Shown piece by piece: positions 28,234 through 38,800 of a DNA stretch of 64,000 nucleotides (its first letter is position 1; each line of letters starts with the position of its first letter). The notes beneath the pieces are model-generated. The model made no database searches. It was not told where the DNA came from and saw nothing but the letters and a program-made list of their open reading frames with translations. Both the position numbers and the translations under genes were made by a program. Source of the stretch: Escherichia phage Jgk1; sequence record PV292302.1. One strand, given 5' to 3'.

Positions 28234-28271
28234 ATTTGAGTAACTACACTCGTTTCAGGAAAAAAAGAAAA

Positions 28272-28640
28272 ATGAAACTATTAGACTTACCAAATGAAAT
28301 TCGCAACGCAGTTCTTCAAAGTGCTATGCGTGTAATGTCTGAGTCAACAGACATGGCTCACATGTTACAGAAAGCAGACTTGCTACTTAATCATGACTTC
28401 CCTGAACTATCTTCAAGATGCCTATCTGTAGAACAGGCCGAAGAACTCGTAGCCAAAGCCAAATGGATTGCTGAATTCACCAAGGTATTCGAGGTGTTCT
28501 GGGCTAACTCTGGGTATCCTCGTAAGCATTGGCGTAGTACTTTGAATGGTGAGTTATCCACTTGGATTTATGGTGATGAGTGGAAGAATTCAGATGCTGC
28601 ATCAGCAGCTAAATCAAACATCTCCTACTGGGAAAATTAG
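28272..28640 (+). CDS. hypothetical protein
   Basis: ATG at 28272 (MKLLDLPNEIRNAV...); the ORF-track start at 28236 runs into the terminator. Confidence 0.4.
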   Translation: MKLLDLPNEIRNAVLQSAMRVMSESTDMAHMLQKADLLLNHDFPELSSRCLSVEQAEELVAKAKWIAEFTKVFEVFWANSGYPRKHWRSTLNGELSTWIYGDEWKNSDAASAAKSNISYWEN

Positions 28641-28641
28641 T

Positions 28642-29058
28642 ATGGAACTCGAACAACAGATTAAAGAAGCTGGTGCTGATAAAGCTCCACGTATTACCCC
28701 TAACCACATCAAGAGTAAAGTACTTGGTACTTACTTCTTTACTGGCCTGGATGGTGCAGCATCAGTGTTGCCTGATTTGGCAACCATTAAGAACCAGGAA
28801 GTACAGTCACTGTCCTTGCTGACATTCTGTGTACTGGTTCTGGAGAACGGTTTCACTGTTACTGGCGAGTCTGCCTGTGCATCCCCAGAAAACTTCAACG
28901 AAGAAATTGGACGTAAGATTGCCTACGAAAATGCAATCGATAAAGTCTGGTTACTTGAAGGCTACCTCCTTAAGCAAAACCTGCATGAGAAAACTCAGAG
29001 CCGGGAAATGCTCAAGGGTTTCTTGGATGAAGGTGACTGTGCAGGGTGCAAACTCTAA
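28642..29058 (+). CDS. N4 gp49 / Sf6 gp66-family-like protein (putative)
   Basis: pattern ...LTFCVLVLENGFTVTGESACASPENFNEEIGRKIAYENAIDKVWLLEGY... recalled as typical of that family; position just upstream of the vRNAP gene region. Confidence 0.45.
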   Translation: MELEQQIKEAGADKAPRITPNHIKSKVLGTYFFTGLDGAASVLPDLATIKNQEVQSLSLLTFCVLVLENGFTVTGESACASPENFNEEIGRKIAYENAIDKVWLLEGYLLKQNLHEKTQSREMLKGFLDEGDCAGCKL

Positions 29059-29555
29059 TGGAAACTAAAATTCATTTCACCAACTACATTGGAACCAAGT
29101 GTGTAAATGGTTTCCCAATGAACAAGGTTGACTACTGCATACTTCGTGGTTGGGATGTACCTGCTACCGAAGACCCATTAGAAGAAGGTTACTTAGTAGA
29201 GTACCCGGATTCTAAACCTAACCATGAGCAATTCCGTGGTTACATTAGCTGGTCACCCAAGGCTGCATTCGAAGAAGCATACCGTGACGTAGTAAGCGGT
29301 TGTACTTTTGGTCATGCAGTGGAGCTTCTTAAGAAAGGATTCAAAGTAGCCCGTAAAGGCTGGAACGGTAAGGGTATGTATATCTCTTACGTTGCTGCCG
29401 AAGAATGGGCAAGTAGTGAACTGGAACGTCCCTGGTCAAAAGACCTCAAGCCCATCCCTTGGATTGGTATGAAGACTGTAGACGATACATATGTTCCGTG
29501 GTTAGCTTCTCAGTCAGATATTCTGGCAGTAGATTGGGTATTAGCAGAGAGCTAG
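29046..29555 (+). CDS. DUF2829-domain protein (Tad2-like candidate anti-Thoeris) with N-terminal extension
   Basis: C-terminal half carries FGHAVELLKKGFKVARKGWNGKGMYI and ...VPWLASQSDILAVDW..., matching DUF2829 hallmarks from memory; about 80 aa precede the domain. Confidence 0.5.
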   Translation: MQTLMETKIHFTNYIGTKCVNGFPMNKVDYCILRGWDVPATEDPLEEGYLVEYPDSKPNHEQFRGYISWSPKAAFEEAYRDVVSGCTFGHAVELLKKGFKVARKGWNGKGMYISYVAAEEWASSELERPWSKDLKPIPWIGMKTVDDTYVPWLASQSDILAVDWVLAES

Positions 29556-29556
29556 C

Positions 29557-29784
29557 ATGGAAGAACTCATCAAGAAAGGCAGCATGGTAACCAAGCGCTT
29601 TGGTATCCTGGATATACCCAAGAAGTATCGACATAGGGTAATTTTTGGATGTGACTGTCTTTACGTTGATGGCAGATTCTATCCATTAAAAGAGGATGCT
29701 CCACTCATATTGGTTAAACCTATGAGTTACAAAGGGGTTGTTCATATAAAGAACCTGAAAGCATACTCACTATTTGCTGTATAA
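29557..29784 (+). CDS. hypothetical protein
   Basis: 75-aa ORF, last plus-strand gene before the strand switch. Confidence 0.4.
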   Translation: MEELIKKGSMVTKRFGILDIPKKYRHRVIFGCDCLYVDGRFYPLKEDAPLILVKPMSYKGVVHIKNLKAYSLFAV

Positions 29785-29787
29785 AAT

Positions 29788-29815
29788 AAAGCCCCTCTAA
29801 TGAGGGGCTTTTTTA
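29788..29815. terminator. bidirectional rho-independent terminator between convergent transcription units
   Basis: stem AAGCCCCTC/GAGGGGCTT with T-runs on both strands. Confidence 0.6.
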
Positions 29816-29816
29816 T

Positions 29817-32800
29817 TTAGTTAACAATGTTCATCCACGGGTTAAGGTTATGAGCACGAAGCCCTTGACCGAAGCCCCATGAGTAATCCAGTTTGCCCTG
29901 TGCTGCAATACTGAAAATGTTGTCCTGAATAGGCAAACCAACGTTACCAAACATAGTAGGAGTTGGAGCCAACATTGCCATTGCTGCATGGACTGGGTTA
30001 TTACGAACCATAGATACGGCAACCTTAGCTGAACGAATCTTAAAGTTGTAGAACCACATCAGACCCATGCTTTCCATATAACCACGGAAACGACCAGGCA
30101 AACGGTCATAGTTAACGAACTCTTCAGTAACACGTCCAAGTGCTTCTTCACGAGTCTTGCCTTTACGCTTAGTCAGTTCATCATAGATGATTGCTTTAGC
30201 GATAAAGTCAGAGTACTCAACAGTCTTCTGAATACCCTGGAACAATGCAGTATCTTTAGTGATAAGAGCATAACGTCCAGCAGTACGAACAGCCTTAGGC
30301 AGTTTATTAGCCAGTGCATCCATGTACTCGTAAATCTTACCCTCAGTAATGAGAATATCATCACGACCGATACCAGCATCAGCGATAGAAGAAAACTCAC
30401 CTGCTTCTAACAGAGGCCAGATACTCATACGCTTATGACTATCAGTAATGGACTGAATCTCAGCCTTAAGCTTACGAATCTGGTTCGGATTAGTAGCTGC
30501 ACGTAATTCAGCTTCTGCATCAACCTGACGAAGACGAGATTTCAGATACTGGTTAATCTCACTGGTTTTCTGTGGGATACCTTGAGCAATATTCTTCAGA
30601 GGTACACCACGAGCAACCATCTGGTAAAGGTTAGCAATGAAGTTAACCGCAGGTACTACGACCGATTTAACAACAATCAGAGTCTTAGCATCTTTAATCA
30701 GGTTCTGAATAAGGTTCTCACCACCCATAGTGTACTTGTAAGCATTGTTACCCATTGCACCAAGCAGAGCTTTCTTAAAGGTACTCAGTGTCTCCGGTGA
30801 CCAACGACTATTACCAGACCATACATCACCCACAGAAGCAGCACGATAACCAAGTGCATCATTTAGCATGTCACGACGTACCCATAGTTCACCTTCACCA
30901 AACAGGCTTTCAGCTTTACGGCGAGTTTCTGCATTCATCAGTCGCAGAGCATCAGCAGTTACTGGGTCAAGTTTGGAACCAAGAAGGTTCACGTACTGGG
31001 ACTTATTGGATGCAGAGTCAGAGATATCCTTCTCGTACATAGCATGTAAGTTTTCAATCAGTACATCGTTAAACTGCTGTGCTTTGGCTTCTTCAACCTG
31101 ACGACCACGCCATACACCAATTGCTTTGGCAAGATGGTCATCACCAGCAATGTGCTGCAACATGTTAGGGTCAATGGATTGCTCATAAGCAACCACACGA
31201 CCGTTGTTATCGTAAATTGGCATCAGTGGTTCATTACCACGTTCACCACGAGCCAGGGCTTTAGAGATACGTTCTACGGATGGTTTGTCAGTAATACGAC
31301 CTGCAACCATAGCACCCATCGTGAAGCCTGTTCCCATATCAACACCATTAGCAGTATCACGCACGTTCTGAAGGATACCCTGAGAGAACGGGGCTTGTGC
31401 CTGTACTGGTGAGAAGTAGTAGCTGCGAGCACGACCACGGTCAGCAGAGCTACCCTGATAAGCACCTAAACGGGTGTAAGACTTCTCAAGCAGTTCTGAA
31501 TACTGGCTGTCATCTGCAACGATAAGGTTAACACCCTGTTTATTTTCAACAGGAATGTAACCCTTATAGTGGTTAAGAGCAGCACGGTCATCAGCACTGG
31601 CTTTAGTCATCTCGTCTTTACGCTGACCCACCAGATAAGAAGTAGCAAAGTCGATACCATCAGTTTCACTTTGAGCCAGTGAAGATAATGATTCCCGGTC
31701 AGCTTTGCTCATTGCTTCCAGAGCATAGAGGGTAATCAGCTTATCCAGTTTAGCTACATCAACCGTAGACTTAACAGCAGTACGCTCACCCAGCAGACGA
31801 GAGATAGCAGTAGCATTACGAAGCAGGTTGTTACCAACAGTACCATTAATCATAAACTGAGCCAGTTGCTTAGACTTACGGTTAATCAGAGGCCAGTTAC
31901 GACCAGCCTGATTCTGCAAGTCTGCTTCCAGTTTATTAACTTCACGGTCAACAATCTTCTGGTCAGATAGCAGGTCACGAATCTCAGCTAATGACATGGT
32001 ATCACGTAGTACAGCCAGGTCAGTTTTACCCATACCAGTATGCATCGCTTTCCATTCTTCTTTAGTCAGCTTACGGCTGAACTTAGAAGCAATGGTAGTT
32101 GGCAGATGCTCACGGAATTGCTGACGGTCAGCCTGTATCTGAGAACGCACTGCCTTAATCAAATCGTACACAGAAGCATTGCTCTTAGTACGACCAGTAA
32201 GGTCATTAATCAAGTCATGGAAAGGTTGCCATACCTTACCCTGGTTCATTGCTTTCATAACACCTTCAGCAACAATCTGGCCATTCTCTTCAGTAGCTAC
32301 AGCAGCAACCAGTTGTGCAGCATGAGCAGTTGCTTTAACCAGTGGATTTTTAGCAGTCTGTGCAACAGTACGTGCTTTATCCAGAGTGGCATCAGCCAGT
32401 TGAGTAATACCATCAATAACGTACTGATTAGCACGGTCAATAGCATTTCCGGTTGGGGTAGCAACTGAGTCATAGAAGGACTGAGCATTCAGGCTACTTT
32501 CCATAATGGTCTGAGCCAGAGCATCCATACCCTCCTGTACATTAGTAGCTTTACTGTCACCAGCAATGCGAGCATTCAAACTAGCCATTGCAGAAGTACC
32601 AATGTTAGTCAGCATTGCATCAACAGTATTACCAGTTACCTTATCTGCTTTCATGACGGGCATTTCAGCCAGTACATTGCGTAATTCTTCACTTACCATT
32701 GCCAGACCAACAAAAGTAGGCAGTAAGGAAGAACGACCCTGAGCATCAAACTCAATATTGTTAGCACCAGTAATGGTGTCGAACTTCTGCTGTGCGTAGT

Positions 32801-35800
32801 AGCGGTCAGCAGGGTTAGTGCTATTAGGGTCTGCCATGAAACTTTCAACAGTCAGGTTCTTAGTCACATGTGCATAGTATTCCTGTGCACGAGACAGAGC
32901 AGCAGGACTGATTGCAGCTTCAGTAGCGAGAGCAGCAACGATATTAGTAAATAGACGCTGTTCCTGCATGTTCATGGTAAAACCGTGACCCTGTACATCA
33001 CGGGTAACTTTGGTTGCATTAACCAGAGCATCAGAGAATTTACCCTTACGGATATACTGCTGTACTGGTTCATTACCCAGGTAGTTAACAATCAGGTTAT
33101 CAAACGTCTGACCCAGTTCTGCAAGACGGTCATTGTTACCGTAAGCGGTACTATGGAACAGGGTTGTATCTTTGGATACAGCAGCAGTTGGAGCCTGAGA
33201 ACGCATAACTACAGCAGAGTTAAACAGCAGGTTAGAGAACATATCATCAGAGTTAGCAGGTGCTTTCTTACGCCCGAATACCAGACGCTTAATTGCATCA
33301 TACACAGACTGAATCATAGCTTTCAGTGCAGAGGTCTTCTTCTGTTTAGCTGCCAGTTCACGGTTGGTTAAACCCCAAGCCATGTACTCGTTAAGAGCAG
33401 CAGACTTAGCCAGTGCTGGTTCAATGAAGCCATTAGACAGATGTCCATTAATGGTGTTAAGAGCATCAGCATAAGCTTCACGCATAGCTGGAGACTCTTT
33501 ACTAACATCCAGTGTACGGAACTGATTCATCAGGTCTTCAATGTTCTGTACTGCTTCATTAGGAGTACCCTCGTAGTGAGCCAATACGCTTTCGAATGTG
33601 GAAGCGTGAACCAGTTCATGAACCAGGGTTTCCAGTGAATGGGTAACTAGGTAAATGGTTTTATCTTCAAAATTTGTCCAGCCATATGCATTACCTGCTT
33701 CAGCAGCTTCCATATCTTCTGGAGCCGGACGAGTAATGTTCTTCTCAACAGCGTAAGCATCTAGTTGAGCAAGAGTACCGTAGACAACTTTATAGTCTTT
33801 AGCAGCCTGAGACTTTTGAATCTCATTCAGCACTGCTTGCTGTTCAGGAGTCATTTCCTTAAGCAGCTTAGTGATTGCAGTGTTAGACAGCAGACGTACA
33901 CCAGACTTAAGAACACGACCTACTTGTTCCATAGCCGGAACTTCTTTAACTGGTTCTGCTTTATCAGCACGAACAGCATCGCGTCGTTTATTCAATTCTG
34001 CATCGAACAGTTCGTTCAGCTTAGCTACCTGCTGGTCTACAGTCAGACCTTCCAGAATAACCTGCCCATTGTTCACGTAAGGAGAACCAACAGCAGCCAT
34101 TTGGTCAACAGTTGTCTGTACTTGATTCATTACTGTATGACGGATATCCACACCAAGGGCAATGTTACGCAGGTTACGTTCAATCTGAGTAGCAGCCATC
34201 ATCAGGTCTTGGTCGGTTGCACCTTCACGGAGTTCAAACTCCAGAGCAGACTTACCAATAGCTTTCTTGGTTTCATCAGACAACTTAGAGAAGTCAACGT
34301 TCTTCATGAACTTAGCATAAGAGTTATATACATCTTTGATAGGGTTACCCTGCCATGAAGTGTATACAGCTTCGTTAGCTTTTTGACTTGCATCAGTAAT
34401 GTCATTAATACCAATGTTCATACCATCAAAGATTTTGAGAGTATTTTTTGGAGCACCTTTCATAGTAGAAAGGGTCTGCATCATCATCCCATCACCAGTA
34501 CCAATGGTCATGAATGGGATACCAGCAACACCTGCCTGAGATGGTGCATAGATGCTCATTGGCACACGCATACGGTCATCAAAGTTAGTAGCCAGTACCT
34601 GATTAGCAACATCAGTATTCTCACTACCAGCAATGTAGAAAGTCTGGGAACCAGTCTCAATCATTGGAGCCAGAGGAGCTAAGCTAGCCTGGATGTCATT
34701 CAGTTCTTTCTGAGTTAAGAAATCACCCTTCTTCCAGGTAGGGTCTTTTTCTTTTTCTGCCAGTTTGTCTTGTACAGCTTGCTGGAACATGTCTTGCAGA
34801 ACCAAAGACTGAATCTGAGTAGCCTTCTGAAGTTGTTCAGTAGAGTACATCAGACCCTCACCCACAGTATTCTGAATACCAGTACGCATTGGTTCAACGA
34901 ACAAGTGCAGCATATTCTCTTGCAGGTTTTTCAGAGCATCACCTTTAACGGTGAATTTCTGTGGGTCGAGCTTACCTGTGATAGCACCATCGGCTGGCTG
35001 TACTGAGAGCTGGCCTTTACGCATAACAGTTACGTTACCAGTAAGGGCTTCCATAGAATCCAGGAAAGTTTTCAGCATAGCCTCAGCATCGGCCTCAGAC
35101 GCTGCCTCTTTGCCGAACATAGCCATAGCCGGGGAAATGTCCGGGTTCTTAGCACGGGCTTGCAGAACGTCACTGAAGCGTTCGTAGATGGTGTCAGTAA
35201 TTGCACTAACCATCTTGCCAGCAATACCACGAGCACCCGAACCATAAATGGTAATGGTCAGAGGGTTCTTAGCGATACCACGTTTAAGGTCAAGTGACCC
35301 ATCCTCATTCAGGTTAAAGTCCTTGATGAACAAGTCCATTAAGTTCTGAAGGTGATTCATCTGGTTCATTACAGGAACATTGTTACTGTATGCATTACGC
35401 AGTTCATTCAGAGCTTGTTGTAGGCTATTAGTGGATGCTTCATACAGGTCAACGCTGTCATCCTGTGAACGATGTTCGTTCATAGTCTTACCACGCTTAC
35501 CAAAGAACAGACCACCTTTAGCAGTATTGCGAATCCAGTCTGGAGTGAACTTACCACCAGTCATTAATACCATTGCGTTAATAGGACCGTTAGTAACACC
35601 ATCTGCTTCTACATACAGTGGGGTAGTAAACTTAGTCTTATCTTCAGCATTCAGGTAACGGGCATATTCCATCAGAGCCATGAGAGCTACGAATGACTTG
35701 TCTCCACCCAGAGCAGTATCAAGAATACTTACTGCATCAGTAGGCAGATTACCTGACTTATCAAATTCAACCATCATATCTACAGCAGGTTTCAGTTTAC

Positions 35801-38800
35801 CTTCCAGAGCAGTAGTAAGTTTCTCAGACATGGCTTCACGAGACATGTTGTGAACTTTAATACCGAGTGCCTGAGCCAGGCCAACCTGGAAATCAGAGAA
35901 GGTCTGTGAGTTCTGGTTAGAAACATCAATGGTAGAGAATGTAGGTAAGATAGCCTCACGAACCAGTTTACTAGACTGTGGGTTGTTCTTACCAAGCATC
36001 TGCATACGACCAACACGGGTCATGTTGTAAGCATAATGGATAGGGGTTTCCAACCCTGCTTCTTGTTCCTGAACTTGTGACACAACACCAAACAGAGAAT
36101 CATATGCCATAGCTACCGAGAGGTTTTTACCTTCCAGTGACTTAGCAGTATTCACATTCAGTAATTCAGGGTTCAGAGTACCAGCACCCATTAATTCCAG
36201 AATGTTGTCACGTCCCATAGCTTCATAGAACTTAACCATTGGTTCATGAACACGGAACTCAGTAGCCTGTTCTGCTTTCAGGGCAGCTTTCTGTTCAGGG
36301 GTATTCTTAACAGCAGGGTTACGTAGCTGAGTTTGAGCCACGGAAGGTACATCATCACCGAAGTACATTTTCTCTTCTGGTTCCACAAGCACTGCTTCTT
36401 CAATGGCAGTTGGGAACTTGTTGATAGCATCGTTATCGTCAAGCTTCTCAATGGTATACAGACCAATAGTCTTGTTAGAGTCTGGGTCAATCTCAGACAC
36501 ATCAAGCATGGACTCAGTAACTTCACCTATTTCTACCAGAGAGGACAGAATCTCAGTAGCCATAGCCATTGGGATACCTTTGGTATAACCCAGTGGTGCA
36601 TCAGGATTACGATTAAGTCCCCAGTAAGACTCAATCTTTTGAGCCAGGGAGTTAGTAGCTTCGACCAGGGTCTGTGCATTATCAAAACTAGCCAAAATAC
36701 CTTCAGGCAGCAGAGATGCATCAATGCCAGTAATAGCAGCAATGTCTTTGATGTCTTTGGTAGCAGCATTCTGATTAGCAGTTAAACGCCATTGCAGTCC
36801 AGCAAGTACAGCAGTTTCAAGCAACTGGTCATTGAACTTGAAGGTATCCCCATCAGCTTCAACAATGTTCAGTAACTTACCACCAACCCAACGGTTAGCC
36901 TCAGTACCTTCAGCAAAGCGTTTGCCAACATTTTTATTAGCAAGGAACTTAGCCAGACGGTCTGACATGGTATTTTTCAGCTTGTCACCAAAGTCCATCA
37001 GAGTCTTATAACGGGCAATGACATCTGGAGTAAGTGCAGCATTCTCACTCTGAGTGAACGTTTCAAAACGTGCAGCAGAAGACAGTGCCTGACCTACATC
37101 TTTCAGAGGAGACTCAGTACCAACGATACGAGACTTAGGCTCAATTGGAAGACTGAAAGCTTTAAGGAATTGGTTAGGTGTCTTCTCTGTATTATGCAGA
37201 GGATACACATTTTCCATTTCTGTTTTAGCTTCAACAGGTTCCTCAATAGCAATTGCCTTTTCAGACTCTGGATTAGTTACTTCTTCTGATTTTGGTTTAG
37301 TCTCATTAACAGGAGCAGTATTTTCTACCACTGGTTCTGCCTTAGGAGTTACAGTAGGTTTAGCCTCCTGAGTTTTTGCAGGAGTTTCATCAACCTGATT
37401 CACTGGTTCAGTAGTCTGTTGGGATTGAGCAACATCAAGATTGCCTTGACGGAACTCTTTAACCACCTGGGCAGCAGGCTTGTCCAGACGTGAATCCAAT
37501 GAGGTAACTTTAACATGAGAGACATTAAGCTCCGGGTAAGCCGTAGCAAGTGCATTAGCAATATCAGCTACGGTTTTGGCTTCCAGTCCTACTTGCTGGG
37601 CAAACTTAACAGACTTGGTATCGTAAGGATTAACACCGAGTCCAGTACGGCTGCGTACCCATTCACGGGATGGAGAAAGAGCCTCATAATGGACAGACTT
37701 ATTCTTATCCGCATTCCCAGAAACCAAATGCTCATTCAACGCTCCGACCTTATTCTGCATGTGCTGGGCGAACTTCATAAAGTCGTCAAGGTAAGCGGAG
37801 GCCAAATCGAAGTTACCAGAGTTGTACGCAGAGCGAATGCGTTTAGCATGTTGCAACGCAGAGTACTGGCCTTCGTTAGAACGAGACTCATCGGTCTTAA
37901 TTTGTTTACTAACGATGTCCTGAGGTCGTAAACCCAACTCCTCTGCCTTGGTATCGAACTCTCGTGCTCCCTGTAATACAGCAGCAGCAGATTGCAGGGC
38001 AGCACGTTGACGGTTACCCAGAGTAATTTTCCCTTCACTAGCATGTTTCAGAACCATGTTAACTGAATCGGCATCCAGTACTTCTGGAGAGATATCAGCA
38101 GCCATAGCAATATTATCTGCTTGTTGTTGAGTAGTATTCTCAGTAGCCTTCAACTGACCAGCTTCAGCTTGTTCCTGAATCATAGAGTGAATAGCACGGA
38201 AAGCACGAAGTACCTTAGGGGTATTCTGCACGTTAGCCATTAAGCCAGAGAACTGGTCAACAATAGCAGCAGCAGGGCTGTCCTTAGGCAGGTTATTAAG
38301 AGCACCTGGGTCACGATTAATGAAGCTATCCAGTGACATGATGTTGTCATACATGTTCACAGCAGCTTCCATCTGCACGTTAGGGTCTTCGGCAGTATTA
38401 ACCAAATCTGCCATCTTCTGAATAGCATCAACACGGTTAGTAGACTGAGCTACTGCCTCACGAACAACAGGGTGAGCTTGTTCCATTTCCACAGGGTCAA
38501 AGTTAACAGCCTGTGTCAGGTCATTTGCATACTGGTGTGCAGCAGCTTTCTCTTCTGGAGAAATATTCATAGCATCAACAGCATCAGCAACAGTGGTCTG
38601 TGCTTGTTCTGCTTGTTGAGCAGCTTCTTGTGCAGCAGCATTAACCGTAGCATCAGCAACAGGGGAAGCCTGTTCATTCTGCTTAGCAAGGTTTTCACCA
38701 CGTTGAACCAGGATGTTAGTAATTGGGGATGCAGCTTTAGCTACCACATTACCAGCAGCATTAAGACCAGCCAGGGTAGTACGGATAGCAGGACCAGCAG

